From positions 1 to 38,430 of the IMG/VR virus record IMGVR_UViG_3300005058_000013: a stretch of 38,430 bases of DNA; one strand, written 5' to 3'. The position numbers and the translations under genes were made by a program. The stretch is from a virus. Taxonomy: Duplodnaviria; Caudoviricetes. The number at the start of each line of letters is the position of its first letter. Positions within the stretch are counted from its first letter, which is position 1. The notes beneath the pieces are model-generated. The model did not search any database and was not told where the DNA came from. It saw nothing but the letters and a program-made list of their open reading frames with translations. This document shows positions 9,987-18,835 of the stretch, one piece after another.

Positions 9987-10340
9987 TCAAGTCAAAATAG
10001 CCGCAATATCAATAATAGTTCTCCGTTCGTTCCCCTTGACGATATGCCATTTCACGTCCACCCAGTCATTCCGGTCATCCTGAATGATTCCGGCATTTAC
10101 CAGCCCGTCCAGAATCATCTTCGGCGCGTAGTTGTCGATGTCTCGCCGGCGCACGACCGGAAATATTAGCGTAATGTCGACCCTAGCCAGGTGATACCGA
10201 GGCTGTCCGGCCTTGGCCGACAAGCAGGCCGCCTTAATCAGCCATGCCCATTCGTGATTCATTGCCTGCCGCACCGTCCAGTGCTGCCGCATCCACTTGT
10301 TCAGACTGGGCGGAGTCCCCGCGATTTCAAGGCGGATCAT
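9987..10340 (-). CDS. rusA: RusA-family Holliday junction resolvase
   Basis: PPSLN, RRRDIDNY..K.ILDGLV.AGIIQDD catalytic pattern. Confidence 0.88.
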   Translation of the reverse strand: MIRLEIAGTPPSLNKWMRQHWTVRQAMNHEWAWLIKAACLSAKAGQPRYHLARVDITLIFPVVRRRDIDNYAPKMILDGLVNAGIIQDDRNDWVDVKWHIVKGNERRTIIDIAAILT

Positions 10341-10903
10341 GCGCTCATCCCTGAAGCCAGAGCCTTCACGACATCTGCCATGCCGGACAGTTCCAAAGCC
10401 TTGTTTAATTCCTGACTTTCGCGGTGTTTGCTGCGCATTGACTCATAAATCCGCATAAAATGGGCACGATCTGCTTCAGGATTCTCGCTCACACAAAGCT
10501 GCCGCCACCCGATGGCCCGCACTGCTTTCTGCACCGTATCGCAGCTGAACGTTGGCGCCCGGTATATTCCTGCATCGCAAACCTGCTGAGTTACTTCTGC
10601 CCAGGCTTCAGCTGCCGTTGGTAGTTTCGGATTGCGCGGATCCAGTTCATGAGCCGCCGCCACCAGCATCGCCACCGAGGGAAAGAACTCCGATTCGCGG
10701 CAAACCTTGACGATGGCCGCCTTCAGAATCTCAACCGGAATGTCCCGCATCATCATCGCCCATGACTTGGCAATCGGCTCCGGATCCTTCGCCTGCATGG
10801 CCGGATATGAACTGGCAGCCAACGCCACCAATACCAGCATTTGTTTTTCCGCCACCGTAAGTCTTGGCCTAGTTGATTCACTGGTCATCATCATTCTCAC
10901 CAT
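10337..10903 (-). CDS. Replicative helicase loader/inhibitor (SPP1 G39P-like)
   Basis: SYP...W.MMMRDIP...A.....SEFFPSVA, PTAAEAWAEV, AIGWRQLC..EN...RAHF; follows the initiator gene; start may be ATG 10894. Confidence 0.8.
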   Translation of the reverse strand: MVRMMMTSESTRPRLTVAEKQMLVLVALAASSYPAMQAKDPEPIAKSWAMMMRDIPVEILKAAIVKVCRESEFFPSVAMLVAAAHELDPRNPKLPTAAEAWAEVTQQVCDAGIYRAPTFSCDTVQKAVRAIGWRQLCVSENPEADRAHFMRIYESMRSKHRESQELNKALELSGMADVVKALASGMSA

Positions 10904-11687
10904 CCCGCAAAAGATCTTCCGCTTTCTCCATCAGTGTCTTGGGCCGATCTCGCAACTGTCGCTGCCGATCAATCTCCCACGGTCTCTGATCCAATCGATA
11001 CTTTGACACCCACGTTTGTAGAATTTTGTCGACGTACTTGATCGAATGGGCCTTCGACAGCGCAGCCTGCTTTATCGCTTCAAGTATCCAGTCCCTCGGC
11101 ATCGTTTCGATCCAGTCCCGAATCATATCCGCCTCGACTTGGTTACTCACCGGACAAATATCCCTCGAAAGTGATTCAACAACATCATCAAAAACTGACC
11201 TGTGGATAACTTCTGGTTCAACTTCCTCGTTGGGGGGTAAGGGGGATGATGTTGTTTCTGACTCTGGTATCTGGTTTCTGGTATCTGGTATCTGGTATGG
11301 TTGGGCATCCGCTGGATATTCGTTTAACGGTTGCTCAACGTCCGTTGAACGTCCGTTCAATCTTCGTTGGGCAGAAGCGATTCCGGCCGCTTTTGCCTGC
11401 TCAGATTTGGTGGAAAATCGATTTAATTCTTTTTCAATTCGTTTATGGACCCAGTTCGTTCCGTCGTCTGTAAAAAATTCTGCCAACGTATCGCGAACGG
11501 ACGTCCATTCTTCGTTGGACATCCGTGCAATGCGCGCTAAACGTCCGTTGGAATTTGGCAAGGGTTTTCCGCTTTGCCAATAATGCATGATCAGCAGCAT
11601 ATAGGCACCATGCTCGAGTGTGGAAAGATGAGCGGTATCGCCCAGGTAATCACCGATGTAAAGCTGCATATATGGTTTACTCGACAC
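10878..11687 (-). CDS. Replication initiator: DUF1376 (YdaU-like) N-terminus plus DnaD-like C-terminus
   Basis: PYMQLYIGDYLGDTAHLSTLEHGAYMLL (DUF1376) and ILEAIKQA.....SIKYVDKILQTW (DnaD); GTG start after GAGGGTG. Confidence 0.88.
   Translation of the reverse strand: MSSKPYMQLYIGDYLGDTAHLSTLEHGAYMLLIMHYWQSGKPLPNSNGRLARIARMSNEEWTSVRDTLAEFFTDDGTNWVHKRIEKELNRFSTKSEQAKAAGIASAQRRLNGRSTDVEQPLNEYPADAQPYQIPDTRNQIPESETTSSPLPPNEEVEPEVIHRSVFDDVVESLSRDICPVSNQVEADMIRDWIETMPRDWILEAIKQAALSKAHSIKYVDKILQTWVSKYRLDQRPWEIDRQRQLRDRPKTLMEKAEDLLRDGENDDDQ
11263..11550. repeat. Iteron-like repeats inside the initiator gene (putative origin)
   Basis: TCTGGT(A/T) x5 in tandem at 11263-11297; AACGTCCGTT twice in tandem near 11337-11357, again near 11540, and inverted (AACGGACGT) near 11496. 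Confidence 0.6.
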
Positions 11688-11721
11688 GTTTTCACCCTCA
11701 TTCAAAAACGTTTAGGCACTA

Positions 11722-12606
11722 TCATCCCAATCGGTCGGACATTCTCCCAAGAAGGCCAACAACGGCGCTTTTATACTTCGCATGCAAGGCTTCGTCAGAT
11801 TCACCGATCTCGGTCAGGTCAGCCAGAAGACTATTGAATCCCGCCACCAGCGCTTCGAAATGGACCCCGAACTTCAGCGTTGCTGGATTCACTGCAGGTA
11901 CGGATTCGGCCGCTTTCCTGCGAAGCTCTGCCAGCTCCTGTTCGATCGCTTCCGGGATCTTCTCCACGACTACCGGTTCAACCGTTACCGGTTTTGCAAG
12001 TTCAGCATTCAGTGTGGCGACCTGCCCTTGTGCATCATTAAGCTGCTGCTCGAGCTCTTTCACCCGGTCCTGACTGCCAGATATCTTGGCCAACGCCAGG
12101 TCAGCGGACAACTTGTCCATTTTCGCTCTGATCGCTTCCTTATCAGCTTCAGCCTTGGAAGCTTTTCGCTCTGATTCTGCCAGCTTGCGCTGCGCTTCAT
12201 CCCGTTCCTTGATCGCCTGCTGCAGTTCACGGGTCGTCATTTCCTTCACATTGTTTTCAGCGATGAACGCTTCCCTATCTTCAGCCGGAACTCCGAGCAA
12301 CGCAACTGCCTGGGTATAAGTCAAATCCGCAATCGCTTGCGTTTTTGCGTTGTTACCGAACAGCGGGATCTGGTCGGCACCATATTCCTCAAAAATCTTC
12401 ATAAGGTTCTGCGCGGTCCGGATCGAATAATCGACTGATGTTTCGATCCATTCACCCCACTTGCCAGGCTCAACCATTCCCTTTGCCTCGACCAGGCGCC
12501 GGCCGATTTCGATCGAGCTGCATAACAGGATGGTTCTGGTTTGGGCTTTTATGCCGTTGATTTCGGCCGCAATGACGTCGGCCGTTCGGGTTGATATTGC
12601 GTTCAT
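11722..12606 (-). CDS. DUF3102 domain protein
   Basis: RT..VIAAEIN.IK, IEIGRRL.EAK..V..G.WG.W, YS.RTAQNLMKIFEEYG, LTYTQAVALL. Confidence 0.88.
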   Translation of the reverse strand: MNAISTRTADVIAAEINGIKAQTRTILLCSSIEIGRRLVEAKGMVEPGKWGEWIETSVDYSIRTAQNLMKIFEEYGADQIPLFGNNAKTQAIADLTYTQAVALLGVPAEDREAFIAENNVKEMTTRELQQAIKERDEAQRKLAESERKASKAEADKEAIRAKMDKLSADLALAKISGSQDRVKELEQQLNDAQGQVATLNAELAKPVTVEPVVVEKIPEAIEQELAELRRKAAESVPAVNPATLKFGVHFEALVAGFNSLLADLTEIGESDEALHAKYKSAVVGLLGRMSDRLG

Positions 12607-12626
12607 TCAGGTTTCCCCCTTTGTTT

Positions 12627-14528
12627 TTATGAAGCTACCTTTTCTGCCGGCGACAAACGTCGCAGGAACTCATTAGCGAACTTACTGACATCGGCCGGTG
12701 CGGAGCAATTGCAAAACCCATGCAGCTGCACTATTTTTAGTTTCCGCAGATCGATCTCCATTGTAAAAAACGGTTTACTAGGTTCTTCCAGCTGGCGTAT
12801 AAAGAACACCATGCGCTCGCCCTTTAAATGGTTTTTGTAATAAGTGTCGCCGCCTACGCAATGCTTCAACGATTGTCCTTCGGTTATGAAATCACTGCGC
12901 GTTTTCGGGAAAACAATCCCATATTTCCCCCTGGCATATTCCTTCATGCCTGCGTACAGTTTTTCTCTTGCCTGGGCAAAATTATCGTCCTCAATCTTGT
13001 GTTTGACCTTGTTAAACCTTTCCAGAATAACGTCATGGGCTGTCTTGATGTTCGCGGGGAAGCGTACGGATTTGCGCGTGATATCGACCCCAAGAGAACC
13101 ACACATACTGATGTAGTCTTTGTACCATATGAGCAGTTCGGCGCTATTCGCCCTGCCGATTGCCTTTTTCTGTTTTGTAAAATAGTTGGCAAAGCGTTCA
13201 AAGCTCATTTGCTCCAAAATATCAGTGATTGCGGCCATGTGGCCGGCAAGGTGTAGCGCCCTGAATTTCAAAAAGCTTTCCTCGTCAACCCATGTTTTTG
13301 AAGCCTTCACAATCTCATGCTCAAACTGGGTAATGTTGAATTTCCGGTATAAAGGCAGATATTGCTTACTGACTCCTAAGACATCGGTAAAACTTTTTCC
13401 GTGTAATTTTTCCAAATACCCGCCGGACGTGCTCACTAACTGAGTAAGTCCAAGCTTGAAAAGATACTCTGCAAATGGAATGTTTTTTAGGTTGTCGAGC
13501 AGCCGCGCAAAGGATATCTCTCCTGCGTCGCGCAATCCTTCTTCCAGATTCACGCGGTAATACGACTCGCCAAATACATCCTTGAGGTTGTTGGTATACA
13601 GGTGCGCTGCTTTGTAATTGACTTCCCCGTTGTTTTTGCGATACCAGTTATACCCCCATCCCATATTCGGCTGGTAAGCATACGCATATATCACACGGCC
13701 CGACGCGTTATTGAGGTGAAGATTATAATAATAATCATCAAAGGTATATTGGCAACGGGGATCTCCGTCCGCGAAGATACGATTCGCGTTTGCCCACCGA
13801 ACAAGCAATTGACCATCTACCTTATGTGCAATACAGATTTGCTTTTTATCGGCAATGGTTGACTTTATCCATGAGCCTCGGTATCTTGCCATTATGCCGC
13901 ACTTCGGGCACGTTCCTGTTTCCCCGGACCTTTTCCCCTTATCCGTCATGAAGTGCTCGCGGCAATGGCCACACACGCAGTGACGGGTTCCCTTTACTAG
14001 CGGATCCATAAAAATATAACTGTGATCAAAGACATGCTGCTCGCAATAATCCGGTAAATCGGCAGGTAAATCTGGATACATGGCAAAGTGATCTTGCATC
14101 TTTGCGTATTTCCGGTCCATGGCATTCTGCCGCTTTTTCGAGTAAATATCATGAATAAACCCGTATAGTACAGAGCCAAGGCTGAAAATTCCGCCATAGC
14201 AATTGCCGTGAAGAAAATCCCGAGCAATAGTCATATCCTCTTCCGTGCCATAAATATTCCCGTAACCAAAAGTCGAAGACGGAAGTCTCATAAACCAATT
14301 TTCTGTCGGCCATTCTTCACAGAGCAGTACGTTCTTCCCGTCAGAGCAAAAGCGCAGCTTCAACATACGTTCATTTTTATCAAATACGTCCGCAACAAAT
14401 ACATTGCCACTGCGCGGTAAATTAACGATTTTCACAACGCCGACAAAAGAGAAGTTCTTGACAGCCTCATTTTTAAATTGTGGATATGCCAGCGCCGGGA
14501 TCCCGTTCAGTTCACTTTTCACAAGCAC
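12627..14528 (-). CDS. PcfJ-like domain protein
   Basis: Zn ribbon CGHC..CPKCG; YKDYISM....G.D......FP.N...AHD; EGQSLKHCVG; FFIR....P.KPFFTME; VQLHGF.N. Confidence 0.88.
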   Translation of the reverse strand: MLVKSELNGIPALAYPQFKNEAVKNFSFVGVVKIVNLPRSGNVFVADVFDKNERMLKLRFCSDGKNVLLCEEWPTENWFMRLPSSTFGYGNIYGTEEDMTIARDFLHGNCYGGIFSLGSVLYGFIHDIYSKKRQNAMDRKYAKMQDHFAMYPDLPADLPDYCEQHVFDHSYIFMDPLVKGTRHCVCGHCREHFMTDKGKRSGETGTCPKCGIMARYRGSWIKSTIADKKQICIAHKVDGQLLVRWANANRIFADGDPRCQYTFDDYYYNLHLNNASGRVIYAYAYQPNMGWGYNWYRKNNGEVNYKAAHLYTNNLKDVFGESYYRVNLEEGLRDAGEISFARLLDNLKNIPFAEYLFKLGLTQLVSTSGGYLEKLHGKSFTDVLGVSKQYLPLYRKFNITQFEHEIVKASKTWVDEESFLKFRALHLAGHMAAITDILEQMSFERFANYFTKQKKAIGRANSAELLIWYKDYISMCGSLGVDITRKSVRFPANIKTAHDVILERFNKVKHKIEDDNFAQAREKLYAGMKEYARGKYGIVFPKTRSDFITEGQSLKHCVGGDTYYKNHLKGERMVFFIRQLEEPSKPFFTMEIDLRKLKIVQLHGFCNCSAPADVSKFANEFLRRLSPAEKVAS

Positions 14529-14540
14529 GCGAACCGCCCC

Positions 14541-14930
14541 CTATTTCAACAATTCATCAAGGCTGACATTAAAATCTGCTGACTTGATTACCGCAGCCGG
14601 CTTGACTGTATCCGGCGTTACCGCAATCGTCTCGCTGGGCCCTCCAAATGTCGGCGGCACATAGCCAGTGATGCCGAAGTATTTCAGGATAATCGCCAAT
14701 CCTTCTTGCGGTGCGATCACGGCGACATTGTTGACCTTGTTTTTCGATGCTTCGGTACGCATGGCTTCCAGGCTTTTGGCGATCGTTTTGTCAGCTGCAG
14801 ACACCTGGTGCGCAGCTGACGGGTTTTTCTCGACATACGCGAGCAGGAACGATCCAACGGCCTGAATATACCCGTTGGTTATATTGGCATCCATTTCGGC
14901 TTTGATTTTTGCAATGGCTGTATCTTTCAT
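14541..14930 (-). CDS. PcfK-like protein (AcrIIA9-family-like)
   Basis: AIAKIKAEM...YIQAVG.FL...KTI..SL..M..EA.K......AV.....G..I..KYFG pattern, acidic SLDELL end; directly upstream of PcfJ. Confidence 0.65.
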   Translation of the reverse strand: MKDTAIAKIKAEMDANITNGYIQAVGSFLLAYVEKNPSAAHQVSAADKTIAKSLEAMRTEASKNKVNNVAVIAPQEGLAIILKYFGITGYVPPTFGGPSETIAVTPDTVKPAAVIKSADFNVSLDELLK

Positions 14931-14951
14931 TGTCTTCAACTCCTTTCAAAT

Positions 14952-15036
14952 CTCTGGGGCCGGGATTCGAACCCGGTTGCAAAGTACTTTATGCCAGGTT
15001 TGGAGCCCTCTCGTGTTCCCACCACAACGCCCCAGA
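14952..15036 (-). tRNA. Atypical tRNA-like element, anticodon CCA (Trp), long variable region, no encoded CCA end
   Basis: Acceptor stem TCTGGGG/CCCCAGA plus G73, D-arm, anticodon loop CTCCAAA, perfect T-arm CCGGG-TTCGAAT-CCCGG; intergenic. Confidence 0.6.
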
Positions 15037-15039
15037 TTG

Positions 15040-15210
15040 TCACGCCGATTTCTTTTTCGCCTTCTTCGGCGGCGGATCAAACAGGCTGATGCAAAACTTT
15101 TCAACATAGTCCTGGTGCTTTCGGTAACAAACCTTACCGAAGCCTCTGGCAACAGATTCTGGATCTTTCAGCTTGCGGTTGCACCGGTCGCAGCGCGGGA
15201 TATCAGCCAT
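15040..15210 (-). CDS. DUF6011-like small Zn-binding protein (56 aa, not in ORF track)
   Basis: Manual translation MADIPRCDRCNRKLKDPESVARGFGKVCYRK...; GGGAGG RBS; overlaps the end of the upstream gene. Confidence 0.8.
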   Translation of the reverse strand: MADIPRCDRCNRKLKDPESVARGFGKVCYRKHQDYVEKFCISLFDPPPKKAKKKSA

Positions 15211-15688
15211 GATCTTTCCCTCCCGACAACATCGGCAGCATTGCCGGCATTTGTCCTGTCATGTACGCCTCGAGGATCTGCGGCTGCATCATCTGCCCAA
15301 CCGTCTGCCCGTTCGGTAACAGCGTGTGTGCTTCAAACGCTTCCTCAAATGTCACAATACCAGACTCAACAGCTTCAAGAGTTGCCTTAACGTAAAGTGC
15401 CAATGCTCGCCATTTCTGTTTGCAAGCCTGCTCCCATGCAACGAGCGCCTGCCCTGGTGAGCGGAGCGTCCCGCGCTCCGGGGTATGCGTGAACTCGCGG
15501 CTCTTTTTGTCCGGTAGCGGCAACAGGAATCTGATGTGCCGGCCGTTGGCGACGAAGCCGATCACCGCCGCGTCATCTTCCCACCCATACATGAACTTTG
15601 TGGCGCCATATCGCACCAAGGTCTTTTCAATTTCCGACCGGGACCGATCGGCAGGAACGTCGGTGTTGGCTGCGTACTTTCCGCTCAC
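15203..15688 (-). CDS. Phage hypothetical protein
   Basis: 161 aa, GTGA-coupled to sbcC; YA..T.V...RSR.EIE..L.RYGA...WRAL.L.VKA.LEAVESGI.TFEEAF pattern recalled from other phage proteins. Confidence 0.8.
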   Translation of the reverse strand: MSGKYAANTDVPADRSRSEIEKTLVRYGATKFMYGWEDDAAVIGFVANGRHIRFLLPLPDKKSREFTHTPERGTLRSPGQALVAWEQACKQKWRALALYVKATLEAVESGIVTFEEAFEAHTLLPNGQTVGQMMQPQILEAYMTGQMPAMLPMLSGGKDHG

Positions 15689-18240
15689 GCCACCTTCACC
15701 TCCACCGACTCACCATCCGGCCGGAACTGGATCGTCTGCTCGAACGCCTCCTGCACCTGCTTCACGTGGCTGATCACCAGGACCATGCCAAACCGGCTTG
15801 AAACAGCCTTCACTGCATCCAGCACCAGCGGCAGAAACTCGTCGCTCTGACTGCCAAAGCCTTCGTCGATGCAGAGGAAATCGATCCGGCTGCCGGCACG
15901 TCTGGCCAGTAGTTCAGCCAAGGCAAACCTGATGGCAAAGTCAATGCGCAGCTGCTCACCGCCGCTGAATGTTTCATAGATCCGCTCGCCTGCCCAGTCG
16001 CCGACAATGATGTCCAGGGTCTCGGTCATGCCGGACTTCGACTTCAGTTCCCGCTGCGTTTCAAACCGAAGGTTGTGCCGTCCACCCGACATCTGACCAA
16101 GAATATCGTTCGCAATTCGTTCCAGTTCCGGTACCGCATTTTCAATGATCAGCGCCGGGATCCCGTCTCGGCCGAACGCCTTGACCAGCGTTTGCCACCG
16201 TGCGAGTTCCTTGGCCAGCGGTGCCATGCGGGAGACAATCTCTTCCCGCTCGGCAGCGTCCTTGTCCATGGCTTCGAGTTTGGCCTGCAGGGATCCGATG
16301 CGGATATTGACCGCAATAATGTCCTGGCGGATATTGTCCAGTTCCAGCTGCCTCTCCGCTAGCGCTTCCTGCCATTGGAACATCAGTCCACCCTCGGGGG
16401 CCGTATCAAGATACTGCTGATTCAGTTCGGCTATTCGATTTTTCAGCGATTCAATTTCGGCATCGAGGGAAGCAATCAGTTCTTGCGCTGATTTCTGCTG
16501 TTCCCGAATCGCCGGCAGCATCTCACGCTGCTTGACGAACCGTTCCAGCTTGGCCAGCCGTTCCGACAGCGCCGGCAACTCGGCCAGTTCATCACGAAGC
16601 CGTTTGTATTCTTCCCGCAGCTGGTGACGCCGCTCAGTCAGTGCCGCCTGTCTGGTTTCAAGATCGGTGCGCTGCGCGGTCACCGTGGCGAGCAGCTGTT
16701 CGTCGCCGGCAGTCGCCAGCAGTTTCTGCTGCGCTGCATAGGAAGTGTCAAACTGCAGCTTCACCTTGCTATGCTCTTCCGGGTCATAGGCCAGTTCAGC
16801 AAGCATTTTTTCAGTAGCGGCCTGGGCGGCAACATGCTCGGCCAGCTCGGCATCCTTCTCCAGCTTCCATGCAGCAAAGGTCTTTTGCAGTTCAGGAATT
16901 TTCGCTCGGGCTTCCTTTGCGTCGGCTAAAAACCGGCACTCTGCCCGTTCGATATCAATGCACTTCGCATCAGAAAGCATGGCCGCCCTGTTTTCGTATC
17001 GGGCAATTTCGTCTTGTCGGGTTTTGGTTTCCAGCTCAATGAAGGATTTCTTGTTGGCAATGGATTTGTTGGCATCAGCCAACTGCAGCTGAGCCAGGTC
17101 ATGATTCAGCTTTTTCTCTTCCTGAGCGGTCAACTTTTGCGCATTGTCGGCGTGCGACCGGGCGGCCAGTTCCAGTTCCGGACGTTTGGCCAATTGCTGA
17201 TCGTAAATACTGATATCCAGGTGGACCTTTTTCAGCTGGCTTTCAATCCGTTCTAGGTCAATAGTGATCTGCTCTCCATCTCGGGCCAGCGATTTTCGCT
17301 GATCGTCTTTCGCTTGAAGCGCAGTCACCTGATCGCGGATCCTGTCATAGTCGGCAGCGGCAGTTAGGATGCCCTGCTCGTCCTGCAGATATGCATTGGC
17401 CTTGTCAAGCCGGTCCTGCTGAACCGTGCGGGCCTTTTCCTTCTGCCCGAGGTCAGTTTGCAGCGTTGCGGATTGTTTCAGCAACCCTTCGGCCTGCTCT
17501 TGTCGCAGTACCAGTTTTGCCAGTTCTTCCCGGCCGAAAGCGATTCCAGCTTCAGCTTTCTTTTCAAGCTCAACAGTATCCGCCAGCAGCATATTGGCCG
17601 AAACCAGCTCGTCTTGCATCGCCGACCGGTCGGCCAACCTGATATCGATGGCGGTCAGCATCGCCTTGTCGCGCTCGAGGGAAATATTTGTCGCCGACAC
17701 CTTGGCCCGGGCCGCGTCCTGTAGTGATTCATACTGGTCCAGCTGCAGCACCTGGGCAAGGATCGCCTTGCGCTGTCCGGCCGGTCGGCTGGTGAATTCA
17801 TTAGCCCGTCCTTGCAGAATCATGCTCGAGGAGGAAAATGTCTCTTCATCAAGTCCGAGCAGGTCGACAATCTTTTTCTGCGTCTCGGCGATCGATGCGC
17901 CGGATTCACTAGCCCATAGTTCACCAGACTGCCGCTGTAGTTCCAGAGTTGACTTTCCCTTGCCTTTGGTCGACCGGGTCCGGATCACGCGCCACACGCT
18001 GCCCTGGTGGTCAAAATCAAAGGTGACAGCGGCTTCGCTGGTGCCAGTCTTGACCATGTCGTCAGCGCTGGTTCCGGCCTTTGTGGTACCAAACAGGGCA
18101 AACATCGGGGCAATCGTAAAGGCAGTCGACTTGCCGGCACCGTTTGGCCCCGCGATTGCGGCGCATGTTACGCCAGTCAGGTCAATGTCGGCCGCCGGGA
18201 TGGCGCCGAAGTTTTTAATTGCAATCCGTAAAGGTTTCAT
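15685..18240 (-). CDS. sbcC: SbcC/Rad50-like SMC ATPase
   Basis: Walker A GPNGAGKS, Q-loop ILQG, long coiled coil with central C(6x)C hook-like pair, signature FSGGE, Walker B IDEGFG, ISH; start ATG 18240 after GGAGGTG. Confidence 0.93.
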   Translation of the reverse strand: MKPLRIAIKNFGAIPAADIDLTGVTCAAIAGPNGAGKSTAFTIAPMFALFGTTKAGTSADDMVKTGTSEAAVTFDFDHQGSVWRVIRTRSTKGKGKSTLELQRQSGELWASESGASIAETQKKIVDLLGLDEETFSSSSMILQGRANEFTSRPAGQRKAILAQVLQLDQYESLQDAARAKVSATNISLERDKAMLTAIDIRLADRSAMQDELVSANMLLADTVELEKKAEAGIAFGREELAKLVLRQEQAEGLLKQSATLQTDLGQKEKARTVQQDRLDKANAYLQDEQGILTAAADYDRIRDQVTALQAKDDQRKSLARDGEQITIDLERIESQLKKVHLDISIYDQQLAKRPELELAARSHADNAQKLTAQEEKKLNHDLAQLQLADANKSIANKKSFIELETKTRQDEIARYENRAAMLSDAKCIDIERAECRFLADAKEARAKIPELQKTFAAWKLEKDAELAEHVAAQAATEKMLAELAYDPEEHSKVKLQFDTSYAAQQKLLATAGDEQLLATVTAQRTDLETRQAALTERRHQLREEYKRLRDELAELPALSERLAKLERFVKQREMLPAIREQQKSAQELIASLDAEIESLKNRIAELNQQYLDTAPEGGLMFQWQEALAERQLELDNIRQDIIAVNIRIGSLQAKLEAMDKDAAEREEIVSRMAPLAKELARWQTLVKAFGRDGIPALIIENAVPELERIANDILGQMSGGRHNLRFETQRELKSKSGMTETLDIIVGDWAGERIYETFSGGEQLRIDFAIRFALAELLARRAGSRIDFLCIDEGFGSQSDEFLPLVLDAVKAVSSRFGMVLVISHVKQVQEAFEQTIQFRPDGESVEVKVA

Positions 18241-18247
18241 CGGCCGC

Positions 18248-18466
18248 TCACCTCCACGCCGCTTCGCGGGCATCAAAATTTGCACTTTCTTTTCGCATCT
18301 GGTCCAGGATTCCGAACCGGTTCGCGGTAATTCCCAGGCATTTGGCCGCATGTAAGCGGCTGGAGTCGGAAGCATCGACCACCGAAAGCGTTGCCGCCAG
18401 AACACTCAGCAGAAGCATTTTTGCATCGTGCTCGGTCAGGGTTTCAACCATGTCTCTTGCGTTCAT
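18248..18466 (-). CDS. Hypothetical protein
   Basis: 72 aa, GGAGGTG RBS, fills the gap before sbcC. Confidence 0.6.
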   Translation of the reverse strand: MNARDMVETLTEHDAKMLLLSVLAATLSVVDASDSSRLHAAKCLGITANRFGILDQMRKESANFDAREAAWR

Positions 18467-18467
18467 C

Positions 18468-18833
18468 CTACGCCACCTCCCAAATATGGACCACCGTAAA
18501 CACTTCAGACTGCGTTTGAGTGATGCAGATGCTTCCGCTTCCGACGGGTCCAATTCCCAACAATTCGATAATCCTTGCCTTCACGGTGTCCTGTTTCTTT
18601 TGCATAAAAACTCGGTGCGCGTCCCATTCCTCTTGTGTTTTATAGCAATCTCGGGAATTGGATGTGATAGACAAAAGCCATGCATTTAGCGCCACCCAGT
18701 TTAAGCGCACTACCGTCGTTTCGACCAAATACGTTTTGCCATGATTCGAATTGCTATCAACAAAAGCGCCTTTTGCGATGATTTGCAATTCAAACTGCTG
18801 ATTTTGTGACGTAGTAGTACGGGTCCCTCTCAT
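18468..18833 (-). CDS. Hypothetical protein
   Basis: 121 aa, GGAGGTG RBS, AT-richer than flanks. Confidence 0.6.
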   Translation of the reverse strand: MRGTRTTTSQNQQFELQIIAKGAFVDSNSNHGKTYLVETTVVRLNWVALNAWLLSITSNSRDCYKTQEEWDAHRVFMQKKQDTVKARIIELLGIGPVGSGSICITQTQSEVFTVVHIWEVA

Positions 18834-18835
18834 CC

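Noticed and set aside
9946..9990. CCCTCG...CGAGGG hairpin with TTGACA upstream on the minus strand
   Set aside because: No matching -10 at a proper distance and no T-tract; too weak to call a promoter or terminator
11263..11297. Tandem repeats as a CRISPR array
   Set aside because: 7-bp units with no spacers, inside a CDS; no cas genes or repeat-spacer arrays seen in the window
14946..15152. 68-aa ORF over the tRNA-like element
   Set aside because: Better explained by the DUF6011-like ORF in another frame plus the cloverleaf
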